51,422 nucleotides of DNA, from contig CAWBYW010000038.1 of NCBI GenBank assembly GCA_963792965.1, positions 1 to 51,422 of the forward strand. The letters run 5' to 3'. The position numbers and the translations under genes were made by a program. The stretch's first letter is position 1. Each line of letters begins with the position of its first letter. This document shows positions 39,487 to 48,853 of the stretch, in pieces. This stretch comes from an uncultured delta proteobacterium. GTDB lineage: Bacteria > Desulfobacterota > Zymogenia > Zymogenales > Zymogenaceae. A model generated the notes under the pieces. That model made no database searches. It was not told the DNA's origin and saw only the letters and a program-made list of their open reading frames with translations.

Positions 39487-40770
39487 ATGAACAACAAGAA
39501 AAAGGTTATTCTCAGGAAATGTGCGACGTATGACCCTGCCCGCATCAGTGCAATCGTCAAGGAATCGCTTGCCGATCTGGGCAAGAAGCCGAAAGGCAAG
39601 GTGTTGATCAAGCCCAATGTGGTCAGCGCCAACAGAAAGTACATCTTCGATTCCTATACCCAGCCCGCAGTCATCGGGGCGGCGATTGACGCGGTCAGGG
39701 GCTACGGAGTCACCGATATCACCGTGGGTGAGTCCGGGGGGTACGGCGTCCCGTCACGCCTTTTTCTCTGGGAGGCGGGTTACTATGATCTTGCCAAGGA
39801 GAAAAAAGTCAAGGTCATCGACTTCAACGAAGAGGCGCAGGTCACCGTCCCCCTGAAGAGGGGGATGTGGCACAAATCGATGATCGTCAGCAAGGCCCTG
39901 GCCGATGCCGACTTCAAGATCTGGATGCCCAAGCTCAAATACCATATCTGCTGCACCGTCACCAACGCGATCAAGCTCAACATCGGCATCCTCACCCATA
40001 AGGAGCGGATGCTGTATCACGACGACAGGCTCAACGAGAAGATCGTGGATCTTCTCGAAGTCGGGTTCCCGGACGTCGTCATATCGGACGCCATCAAGAT
40101 CGGACACGGGTATGAGTCGGCCCCGAAGTCGTTCGACCTCGGGCTGATCCTGCTGGCCAACGATCCGCTGGCGGCCGACGCGGTGGCGAACAAGATCCTC
40201 GGCTTTAAGCCGACGGATTCGATCCACCTGGTCATGGCCTCCGAGCGCGGCTACGGCTCCATCAAGGACGAGGACATCGAGGTCACCGGTGACGTCACGA
40301 TCGAAGAGCTGGCAAGAAAGACCAAAGGGCTCGTCAGTGAATACCAGGATATCCAGAAGGTCGATACCCCGCTTAAGTTCTACACCGGGGTAGACCCCAC
40401 CCGTGGGAGAGAGTGCTACGGCGGGTGTCTGGCGGCCCTCAAGGGGTGCCTCGGCACGATCGACGCCCGCAGGCCCGGATCGGTTAAGAACGCCAAGCCC
40501 GGCGGAATCGTCATGGGCGTCTACAAGGGCGATGTCATACATCCCAACGATACGGTCCTCCTTATGGGGGAGTGCACGCGGGTGGAAGGAAAGCTCGAGG
40601 CCAAGAAGGTCGTCCATCTGAAGGGGTGTCCCCTCGGGACCAAAGCGCTCTTCATGACGCTTCCCTTCACCTTCGGGATGTCCAGCCCGATGTTGGATCC
40701 GCGGGACGCAACGCTGTTTGTCTATAACTCCGTGATCAAGGGCGCCAAGCGCTTGGTCAACTGGGTATAG
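39487..40770 (+). CDS. DUF362-domain Fe-S protein
   Basis: VLIKPNVV, GESGG, PKLKYH..T..IKLNIG, DPLAADA, CYGGC, GEC, GCP. Confidence 0.85.
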   Translation: MNNKKKVILRKCATYDPARISAIVKESLADLGKKPKGKVLIKPNVVSANRKYIFDSYTQPAVIGAAIDAVRGYGVTDITVGESGGYGVPSRLFLWEAGYYDLAKEKKVKVIDFNEEAQVTVPLKRGMWHKSMIVSKALADADFKIWMPKLKYHICCTVTNAIKLNIGILTHKERMLYHDDRLNEKIVDLLEVGFPDVVISDAIKIGHGYESAPKSFDLGLILLANDPLAADAVANKILGFKPTDSIHLVMASERGYGSIKDEDIEVTGDVTIEELARKTKGLVSEYQDIQKVDTPLKFYTGVDPTRGRECYGGCLAALKGCLGTIDARRPGSVKNAKPGGIVMGVYKGDVIHPNDTVLLMGECTRVEGKLEAKKVVHLKGCPLGTKALFMTLPFTFGMSSPMLDPRDATLFVYNSVIKGAKRLVNWV

Positions 40771-40773
40771 AAA

Positions 40774-40842
40774 TCTCCACGAAAACAGAGTTTTCGTGGA
40801 GACCTCGAAACGACACCCGCGGAAAACTTCGTTTTCCGCGGG
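40774..40842. repeat. Twin hairpins with a shared GAAAAC-N3-GTTTTC core
   Basis: TCTCCACGAAAAC-AGA-GTTTTCGTGGAGA and CCCGCGGAAAAC-TTC-GTTTTCCGCGGG. Confidence 0.7.
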
Positions 40843-40984
40843 GCCCGTCGAAGAGAAGAGATAGGTGTTGACGGAAGAAGTTCGCTTTTCGTAACAGTAT
40901 AGAAGCCCGTCGATCCCTTTTATTCATTACCCAGAGGCCGCTTTTCGGGGAGGCTTTTCTCAAGGGCTTCCTCGGAGCTTAACC

Positions 40985-42079
40985 ATGTCTTTTGAAGTGG
41001 GCATCGTAGGGCTGCCCAATGCGGGCAAGTCCACTATCTTCAACGCGCTCACCAAGGCCGGGGCGGCGGTGGCGGGGTATCCATTCACCACCATCGAGCC
41101 CAACGCCGGCGTGGTGACGGTGCCGGACGCACGGCTTAGAGAGATCGCCGAGATCACCGGCCACGAGAAGGTGACGCCGGCCGTCGTCGAGTTCGTGGAT
41201 GTGGCCGGGCTCGTGCGGGGGGCATCGAAGGGCGAGGGGCTCGGAAACCAGTTTCTGGGCCACATCAGGAACCTCACGGCCCTGGCGCACGTGGTGCGGT
41301 GCTTCGTGGACGAAAACGTCGCGCATATCGAGGGGGGTATCGACCCGCGGCGAGACATCGAGATCGTCGAGACCGAGCTCCTCCTTGCGGACCTCGAAAC
41401 GGTGGATCGGCGCATCTCGAAAAACGCGAAGGCGGCCCAATCGGGCGACAAGGAGGCCCGGCGGGCCCTTCCTATCTACGAGGCCCTGAAGGGCCTCCTC
41501 GGCAAGGGAAGGCCGGCCCGGGAATATACCGCGGTCCCGGAAGACGAGGCGATCGTCGCCGAAATGGGGCTCTTGACGGCGAAGCCTGTCTTCTTTGTGG
41601 CGAACATCGACGAAAAGAGCGTGCCGTTCGGCAACCGCTTCTCGCAAGAGGTTGAGGTGATCGCCAAGGAGCGTCAGGCCGACATGGTCATGATCTCCGG
41701 CAAGATCGAGGCCGAGCTCGTGGACCTGGACGAGGCGGAAAGGGCCGACTTCCTCAAGGAGATGGGTCTTTCCGAGACCGGGCTCTCGCAGGTGATCCGG
41801 GCGGGATATCAGCTCCTTGATCTGGTGACCTTCTACACGGCGGTGGGAGCCGAGCTGAGGGCGTGGTCGATTCCCCGGGGGACGGCGGCGCCGAAGGCGG
41901 CAGGAAAGATCCATACCGATATGGAGCGGGGCTTCATCCGGGCCGAGGTGATGAAATTCAGCGATCTTGAGCGCACGAGCTCCGAGCAGAAGGTCCGCGA
42001 GGAAGGGAAGGTCCACGTCGAGGGGAAGGACTACATCATCCAGGACGGCGACATCGTCCGCATCAAATTCAACGTCTGA
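40985..42079 (+). CDS. ychF: Redox-regulated ATPase YchF
   Basis: GIVGLPNAGKST, YPFTTIEPN, DVAGLVRGASKGEGLGNQFL, AAGKIHTD, EGKDYIIQDGD..FNV. Confidence 0.97.
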   Translation: MSFEVGIVGLPNAGKSTIFNALTKAGAAVAGYPFTTIEPNAGVVTVPDARLREIAEITGHEKVTPAVVEFVDVAGLVRGASKGEGLGNQFLGHIRNLTALAHVVRCFVDENVAHIEGGIDPRRDIEIVETELLLADLETVDRRISKNAKAAQSGDKEARRALPIYEALKGLLGKGRPAREYTAVPEDEAIVAEMGLLTAKPVFFVANIDEKSVPFGNRFSQEVEVIAKERQADMVMISGKIEAELVDLDEAERADFLKEMGLSETGLSQVIRAGYQLLDLVTFYTAVGAELRAWSIPRGTAAPKAAGKIHTDMERGFIRAEVMKFSDLERTSSEQKVREEGKVHVEGKDYIIQDGDIVRIKFNV

Positions 42080-42336
42080 CGGCCTTCTTACCGATCTCAT
42101 CTCTTTCAATTTAGTACTCTGATAGTCCACGCTCAGTACCCGCCGCGATGGCGCCTATCCCGATCTTCGTGACGCGCGCCCCGGGTTTTCCCTCTTAAGA
42201 AATTCCTTAACGAATACGTAATTAGATTCACGATAGTGTGAGAAGAGTCACGGAAATAATGCACCTATGCTGATATTTATGTACTACATGAAAGAAGAAC
42301 CTGAAATTTTCCTATACATTGAGTGAGGGACTTGGT

Positions 42337-43290
42337 ATGAGAAAGGAAAGAGTATCTGCCATCGTCTTCACCATGACTCTGGCCGCCCTGCTGGTCACCG
42401 GCGGCGCGGCCGTTGCCGCCGGGCCGAATGTCTCCGGCCACTGGTGGGCCAATAACGGCCAGGAGTATGACATTACACAGACGGGGACCGCTTTCCAGTG
42501 GCATGTCCCCGCAACGGGCGAGCTCGGTGTCGGGACTATCAGCGGCAACACGTGCTCGGCCACGTGGCCGTTCGGGGTTGCCACCGGCAACATCTTCACC
42601 GACCCGGCGGGCTACGCTGTCGAGATCCACTGGAGCAACGGCGTGGTCTTTATGCGTGGTGGTCCTCCCGGCGGTGGTCCGGGTGGTCCTCCTCCCGGTC
42701 CGGGGCCGACACCCCCGCCTCCTCCTCCCACACCGCCCGGCGGCGGCGGTTCCGAGCTCAGCTTCAGTTTCGGGCCCAACCCGGCCTGGCCGGGCGCCGA
42801 GGTGTGGGTGAACCTCTCCCTGCCCGTCGCTCATAAGGTCCTGATCTGGCATAACGGGGCGTTGATGCCCATCACCAAATTTACCGGCAACAACTTCCTG
42901 GTGGTTAAGCTTCCCATGAAAGTCTCGACCGGGCCGTTTCGCGTCGAATACCAGGGAAAACGGCTCGATTCCAAACAATCCAGGAGCGAGCTCGAGATCA
43001 AGCCCATAGACATCACCGGAAACTGGGTCTATAGCACGGTTGCCCCGGGTACCAAGGGTGTTATTCCTTCCACCATCACTCAGAAGGGCGATGACTTCAC
43101 CTGGTGTAGCTCCAATTGTATGACCGTGAGCACGGGAAAAATCTATGACGGCAATAAACTGGTCGTAACGGACTCGACTGGCATTAAAGCTTACGGGTCT
43201 ATTACCAGCGTGGACGAAAACGGGAGAGCGCAGAAGCTTGAATGTGACGTGGTCGGCGGGACTAAGCGCGGATTCAAACATCCCAACTAG
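42337..43290 (+). CDS. Secreted multidomain beta-rich protein with Pro/Gly linker, paralogue A
   Basis: Signal peptide ending AVAA; beta domain; GGPPGG..PTPPPPPPTPP linker; IPT/TIG-like middle part; variable C-terminal domain. Confidence 0.8.
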   Translation: MRKERVSAIVFTMTLAALLVTGGAAVAAGPNVSGHWWANNGQEYDITQTGTAFQWHVPATGELGVGTISGNTCSATWPFGVATGNIFTDPAGYAVEIHWSNGVVFMRGGPPGGGPGGPPPGPGPTPPPPPPTPPGGGGSELSFSFGPNPAWPGAEVWVNLSLPVAHKVLIWHNGALMPITKFTGNNFLVVKLPMKVSTGPFRVEYQGKRLDSKQSRSELEIKPIDITGNWVYSTVAPGTKGVIPSTITQKGDDFTWCSSNCMTVSTGKIYDGNKLVVTDSTGIKAYGSITSVDENGRAQKLECDVVGGTKRGFKHPN

Positions 43291-43435
43291 GTCGTTTAAC
43301 GAGCGCGAAAGGCGACAGCGAGGGGTGAGCGTTCGGTGGTGCGATGACGCGTGGCCACGCATACCGATCGGCATCAGGATGAGACGCTCACCCCATATCT
43401 TTTCCAGCGACCATTGGTGAGCCGGTCCAAAGCGT

Positions 43436-43504
43436 AAGATCCACGATGAGGACAAAGACTACATCATCCGGAGCGGCGACGTCATCCTCGTTGGGTTCAA
43501 CGTC
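43436..43504 (+). pseudogene. Decayed duplicate of the ychF 3' end
   Basis: Reads KIHDEDKDYIIRSGDVILVGFNV versus ychF KVHVEGKDYIIQDGDIVRIKFNV (13/23 aa and 52/69 nt identical, counted by hand, ungapped). Confidence 0.85.
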
Positions 43505-43564
43505 CGTCGAACGAATCGCCTACAACTTTTCTTGATTTCTTGGTGACTATTACGAGGTGTTTGT

Positions 43565-44512
43565 ATGAAAAGGGAGAGACTTCGTGCCCTCATCTTTACC
43601 ATGACCCTGGCTGCCCTGCTGGTCGTCGGCGGCGTGGCCGTTGCCGCCGGGCCGAACATTTCCGGCAACTGGCGGGGCAACGGCGTTGAGTACAACATCA
43701 CCCAGATCGGGACGACCTTCAATTGGCAGGTCCCCATGACCGGCGAGGTCGGCGTCGGGACCATCAGCGGCAACACCTGCTCGGCCACGTGGCCCTTCGG
43801 ATTTGCCACCGGCAACATCTTCACCGACCCTACCGGATGGGGCGTTGAGATCCACTGGAGCAATGGTGTGGTCTTTACGAGGGGCCCCGGTGGCCCTGGT
43901 CCCGGCCCGGGACCGACACCGCCTCCACCCACTCCGCCGGGCGGCAGCGGTTCCGAGCTCGACTTCAGCTTCGGGCCCAACCCCGCCTGGCCGGGCGCCG
44001 AGGTGTGGGTGAACCTCTCGCTGCCCGTCGCGCATAAGGTTCTAATCTGGCACAACGGGGCGTTGATGCCTATCACCAGCTTTACGGGCAACAACTTCCT
44101 GGCGGTAAAACTCCCCATGAAGGTCTCGACCGGGCCATTCAGGGTCGACTACCAAGGGAAGCGGATCGACTCCAAACAGTCCAAGAGTGAGCTCGAGATC
44201 AAACCGATAGACATCACCGGAAACTGGGTAAGTATGGCTTCCGGCGCCGGCGGCACCATCACGTGTAAGACGAAAATTATTCAGAACGGGGAACGGTTTA
44301 TGATGGACGTTACGACAACATTGAGCAGCATGGGAACCTCGTCTATGTCTTCCCTTAACGGGTCGATTGACGATGGCAACACGCTAAGGATATATACGTC
44401 GGATGGTAGACAGCTATCGGGGACTATCACGGAGGTGGATAAAGACGGAAGAGCAAGAAAGATGTCTATCAATAGCGCGACGCCAGGCTTCGAGCAATTA
44501 TCACGTCCCTAG
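43565..44512 (+). CDS. Secreted multidomain protein, paralogue B
   Basis: RBS GAGGT; near-identical to paralogue A up to IKPIDITGNWV, strongly diverged after. Confidence 0.8.
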   Translation: MKRERLRALIFTMTLAALLVVGGVAVAAGPNISGNWRGNGVEYNITQIGTTFNWQVPMTGEVGVGTISGNTCSATWPFGFATGNIFTDPTGWGVEIHWSNGVVFTRGPGGPGPGPGPTPPPPTPPGGSGSELDFSFGPNPAWPGAEVWVNLSLPVAHKVLIWHNGALMPITSFTGNNFLAVKLPMKVSTGPFRVDYQGKRIDSKQSKSELEIKPIDITGNWVSMASGAGGTITCKTKIIQNGERFMMDVTTTLSSMGTSSMSSLNGSIDDGNTLRIYTSDGRQLSGTITEVDKDGRARKMSINSATPGFEQLSRP

Positions 44513-44661
44513 ACGTCGTATTTGTTACTCGGAAGCTCTTTCGTGAAGGATAGAGGAAGGGATCAGGACTCATCTTGTCGTCACTGTGTACGTTTGTCTT
44601 TACAGGATGGCGAGATGGGACGTGATTCCCTTTTCTTTTATAAGGAGAATAGGGGGTGCCG

Positions 44662-45189
44662 TTAACCAGACTCTCTTAAGCGAAGCACCATCGGGACGAA
44701 GGTGATCCCGTTTACCGTCTTTTCAGGCCCGGCGGCGCGAAAGCCCAACCGTTCGTATATCCCCACGGCATTGGGGGACGAGTTGACGTCGATCGTCTCC
44801 GATTCCGGCTTGTTATTCCTGCAGATCTCAAGCGACCGCTCGAATAGCCCCCTCCCGATCCCTTTGCCCTGGAGCTCATTTCGGACGAAGAAGAGGCAGA
44901 CGTGGCTGCAGCCCCTGATCTCGATCATCCCCACGATTGTCCCGTGCCGTGTCGCGACCAGGGTGAAGTGGTTTGAGAAAGAGCGATTTCTGAGCGCGCT
45001 CGGCTCGGCATACCTGAGAAATTCCCTTACCCCTTCCGGGGGGTAGCCGCGTCCGACGAACTCCATGAAGACCTCGGCGACGAGGCGACAGACCTCGGCC
45101 TCTTCGCCCGGCCGCATCGGGCGGTACCGGATTACCTCGTCCGCCTTCTTCCGACCCCTTTCACGTGATCCTTCCATCCCAGGTACCAT
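44662..45189 (-). CDS. GNAT-family N-acetyltransferase
   Basis: IVGMIE..H..LFFV..QGKGIGR.L, VNSSPNAVGIYERLGF..NGI.F.PM. Confidence 0.9.
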   Translation of the reverse strand: MVPGMEGSRERGRKKADEVIRYRPMRPGEEAEVCRLVAEVFMEFVGRGYPPEGVREFLRYAEPSALRNRSFSNHFTLVATRHGTIVGMIEIRGCSHVCLFFVRNELQGKGIGRGLFERSLEICRNNKPESETIDVNSSPNAVGIYERLGFRAAGPEKTVNGITFVPMVLRLRESG

Positions 45190-45368
45190 TTCCTCACATG
45201 CTCGTTTGGTTGCCGTCCCCCGCGCGATCGAATACAGCCTCAGATCTCTGCCCCCTACCAGACGGCTTCAGGTAAGAGACACGGTCACTATAGCACGGGC
45301 GCCCCAAGAAAAACAGAGGCGGGACGGCATACCAAGCCCGCGGTCAGGTTTGATACCTCAAAAATCCC

Positions 45369-45396
45369 TTGACATACTCCGAAAATATGATAAATT
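45369..45396 (+). promoter_or_regulatory. rpsF operon promoter
   Basis: TTGACA-16 bp-TAAATT with TG extension. Confidence 0.6.
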
Positions 45397-45428
45397 TACG
45401 GTTCGCTGACATTACGAGCAATTTACAA

Positions 45429-45530
45429 TCTCCTTGCTCGGGGGGGGAGGGGGCAAAAAGAATCGAGTCCCCAGGCGCGATGAGGCGCTCCCCAAAAGAC
45501 CCGGGCTTGATACCCGAAGGGAGGTGAATA
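45429..45530 (+). promoter_or_regulatory. Probable S6:S18 autoregulatory leader
   Basis: CTCCTTGCTCGGG can pair with CCCGAAGGGAG and sequester the SD (GGAGGTGA); CCR motif next to the SD stem. Confidence 0.55.
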
Positions 45531-45533
45531 CAG

Positions 45534-46007
45534 GTGCGTACCTACGAGACCGTCTTTATTCTCGACCCCGATCTCTCCGAAGAAGATACCGAAAAATCGA
45601 TCAAACGGATCCACACCATCATTGAGGGACAGAAAGGTAAGATCGTCCTCTGGGATCGGTGGGGCAAGCGGAAGCTCGCCTACCGCGTCAAGAAGAAGAT
45701 GAAGGGTAATTACGTTCGCGTCGTCTACTACGGGGAATCCAAGATCGTTGCGATCCTCGAGAGAAACATGCGGATTATGGAGGAGGTCCTGAAATTCCTC
45801 ACCATCATCCTTGCCGATAAAGAGATCGAGGTAACGATCGAGGAGAAAAAGGAGGAAGTCCCGGCCGTGACGGAGATGGGAGCACGTCCCGCGGCAGCCC
45901 CGGCGAGCGAGCCGGTCGCAAAGCCGGAGGATGCAGCCATCACGTCCGCGCCGGATGCCGAGGAGGAATCTCCGCTTGATGCCGAAGAGGCCGAAGCGGA
46001 CGAATAG
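45534..46007 (+). CDS. rpsF: 30S ribosomal protein S6
   Basis: RTYETVFILDP, WGKRKLAY, G.Y; acidic tail. Confidence 0.96.
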   Translation: MRTYETVFILDPDLSEEDTEKSIKRIHTIIEGQKGKIVLWDRWGKRKLAYRVKKKMKGNYVRVVYYGESKIVAILERNMRIMEEVLKFLTIILADKEIEVTIEEKKEEVPAVTEMGARPAAAPASEPVAKPEDAAITSAPDAEEESPLDAEEAEADE

Positions 46008-46172
46008 ACGCGACGTCTCCCGATCAGGGACGCGGGGCGGATGTGGCCGCAGAGGCCCTCATCGCTGCCCATCGCGGCGGCGGTGAGCTACAGCCCATCC
46101 GGGAGGTGAGCCTTTTATTTATCCCCGCTCGAAGGCCAAGGCCTTTGGGCACCGAACGCTATTGGAAGGAAA

Positions 46173-46472
46173 ATGGAAAGAAATAACGACAGGAGAGGCC
46201 CGTCCGGTGACTCACGCTCCGGCGGCACCAAGGTGGTCAAGCGCAAGGGGTTCCACAAGCGGAGAGTCTGCCGGTTCTGCATGACGCCGAGCCTTACGAT
46301 AAATTACAAAGACGCAAAGATGTTGCGCTACTTCATCACCGAGCGGGGCAAGATCATCCCCAGGCGGATATCCGGAAACTGCGCCAAGCACCAGCGGGAG
46401 ATGACGGTCGCTATCAAGCGGGCGCGGATCCTGGCTCTGCTCCCCTTTACGTCGACCACATCGCAGTACTAA
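46173..46472 (+). CDS. rpsR: 30S ribosomal protein S18 (Zn-binding C+ form)
   Basis: [42 protein letters not shown]. Confidence 0.97.
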   Translation: MERNNDRRGPSGDSRSGGTKVVKRKGFHKRRVCRFCMTPSLTINYKDAKMLRYFITERGKIIPRRISGNCAKHQREMTVAIKRARILALLPFTSTTSQY

Positions 46473-46639
46473 CGAGAGGAGTCTCCGTCCGTCCGATGAA
46501 GCGCATCGGTAATCCTTATCCGGGGATTTTCTTTCCCCGAGCTGCCTGGTGTGCCCGGAATGTCCCGGGCTCGATTACCGCGAGACACGCGTGATTCGGC
46601 GGCCGGATCCTGACCCCTCATCTCAAGGGAGTGTTCACG

Positions 46640-47086
46640 ATGGAAGTGATTCTCGTAAAAGACGTCGCCCCTCTCGGCAAGACCGGTGATGTGGTAAGGG
46701 TTACCCCGGGATACGCCCGGAACTACCTCATCCCGAAAAAGCTTGCCCTAGCCGCGACCCCGGAAAACAAGAAGCAACTGGAGACCATTAAGAAGCGGGA
46801 AGCCAAGAATAAAGAAAAGGATACGCTCGACGCGCAGGCCCTCAAGGAAAAAATCGAGGCGGTATCCGTCACCATCAAGAAAAACGCGGGGGAGGAGGAC
46901 AAGCTCTTCGGCTCGGTTACCTCCCAGGAGATCGCCGACGCACTTTCCGGCCTTGACATCGAGGTCGATAAGCGGAAGATCGCCCTCGAGGAGCATATCA
47001 AGCGGATCGGGGATTATGACGTACCGATCAAGCTCCAGGCCGACGTCGTTGCACACATCAAGGTCTCGGTAGTCAAGGAAGACTAA
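46640..47086 (+). CDS. rplI: 50S ribosomal protein L9
   Basis: MEVILVKDV..LG..G.VV.V..GYARNYLIP, KLFGSVT. Confidence 0.97.
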   Translation: MEVILVKDVAPLGKTGDVVRVTPGYARNYLIPKKLALAATPENKKQLETIKKREAKNKEKDTLDAQALKEKIEAVSVTIKKNAGEEDKLFGSVTSQEIADALSGLDIEVDKRKIALEEHIKRIGDYDVPIKLQADVVAHIKVSVVKED

Positions 47087-47110
47087 CGGACCACAGAGGG
47101 CGTTACTTCC

Positions 47111-48471
47111 ATGGCAAGAGAGGCGGAGCGTAAGGGAGACGAAGCACTGCTGCGGGTCCCCCCCAGAGTCTCGATGCCGAACAGTCGGTGCTGGGGGGGA
47201 TTCTTATCGAGGATAAGGCGATCACCAAGGTCCTTGATTTCCTCGAACCGCAGGACTTCTACCGGGAAGGCCACCGTAAAGTCTTCTCGGCCATGATCGA
47301 CCTCTTCACCAAGAACGAGCCGGTCGACTTCATCACGCTTACCGAGGCGCTCAAGAAAAAGGGAACGATCGAGGAAGTCGGCGGCCTCGCGTACATTACG
47401 TCGCTCGTCGACAACGTCCCCACCGCCGCAAACATCCAATACTACGCCAGGATCGTCAAGGAAAAGGCGATCCTGCGCGACCTGATCGCCGTATCGTCGG
47501 AGATTATCGCCGACAGCTACGAGGCCAAGCGGGAGGTGGATGACCTGCTGGAGAAGGCCGAGAGCAAGATCTTCGAGATCTCCGAGCACAAGATCAAGCA
47601 GGCGTTTTCCCCCATCCAGAAGCTCGTCCCCGAGACCATAGAGATGATCGAGCATCTCTACAGGAGAGATCTCGACATTACGGGCGTCCCGACCGGATTC
47701 AAGGACATCGACGAGAAGACGGCGGGGCTGCAGAAGTCCGACCTCGTGATCATCGCCGGGCGCCCCTCGATGGGCAAAACGGCGCTGGCCCTCAACATCG
47801 CGTTCAACGCGGCCTCCAAGCATAAGGTCCCGGTGGCCATCTTCTCGCTGGAAATGAGCCGGGAGCAATTGGTCATGCGGATGCTCTCCTCGGAGGCGAG
47901 GATCGAGCTCAACCGGATCCGGACGGGAAGAATCATGCCCGACCAGTGGGCAAAACTGACCCGTGCGGCGGGGACGTTACTTGAGGCCAATATTTTCATC
48001 GACGATTCGTCCGCCCTCAACCCGCTCGAGATGCGGGCCAAGGCCCGCCGCCTCAAGGCGGAGGCGGACATCGGGATGGTGATCGTGGACTACCTCCAGC
48101 TGATGACCGGAACGGGGAGGGCGGAGCGGCGGGACCTCGAGATCTCGGAGATAACGCGCTCGCTCAAGGCGATGGCGAAAGAGCTGAGGGTCCCGGTGGT
48201 GGCGCTCTCCCAGCTCTCGCGGGCGGTGGAGAACAGGGAAAACAAGCGGCCGATCCTGGCGGACCTGCGCGAATCGGGCGCCATCGAGCAGGACGCCGAC
48301 GTGATCGCCTTTATCTACCGGGAGGAGGTCTATCGCCCGGATTCGAGCGAAAAGGGGATTGCCGAGATCATCATCGGTAAACAACGAAACGGCCCGACCG
48401 GGACCCTGAAGCTCACCTTCATCAGCGAGCACACCCAGTTTGAGGACTACACGCCCCGGGATTTTCAATAG
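47111..48471 (+). CDS. dnaB: Replicative DNA helicase DnaB (frameshift in C-run ~47160)
   Basis: RVPP(Q)SLDAEQSVLGG, GRPSMGKT, FSLEM, VDYLQL, LSQLSR, DLRESGAIEQDAD, KQRNGPTG; no intein. Confidence 0.97.
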
Positions 48472-48731
48472 GTCAGGGCGCGGGCCTGCGTCCCGCGCGG
48501 TCGAGGCGTCAGATCGTCCTTAAACAACTCGCCTGACTTTATCGAGCAGATCAGCTCCTGGATTCGTACGATATCCTCTGGCAGTTGGATAATAGGCCGA
48601 CCCATCCATGTGAATGTGTACGAGTATTTCTCGTACCAGCCCACTTTGAACCAAATCCTTCGGACAAGATCGAGGGCTCCGTTGGAATAAAGTTCAGCCT
48701 CGATACGACTGCCGTCTGATTCCCCCACCAA
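48468..48731 (-). pseudogene. Truncated cephalosporin hydroxylase (CmcI)/rhamnosyl O-methyltransferase-family fragment
   Basis: KYSYTFTWMGRPIIQLPEDIVRIQELI is the N-terminal CmcI signature; the SAM-binding remainder is missing. Confidence 0.7.
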
Positions 48732-48853
48732 GGTTCTGCTCTCTGTTTCGATAGCTTCTTTATCGGTGTGCTCGCCAATTCATTGGATCTAAACAAGTAC
48801 CGTCAATCCGGCATCCTCCAACACGTGAGGCCCCATATCATCTCGGATTTTGG

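Noticed and set aside
43294-43496. Integron attC site (GTTTAAC..GTTGGGT)
   Set aside because: About 200 bp apart, cores poorly complementary, right core lies within the ychF relic, and no intI
42008-44512. Diversity-generating retroelement TR/VR pair
   Set aside because: No reverse transcriptase in the window, and mismatches are not limited to adenines
47155-47170. Programmed frameshift or phase variation in dnaB and other genes
   Set aside because: Indels are spread over many unrelated genes at homopolymers; sequencing error is simpler
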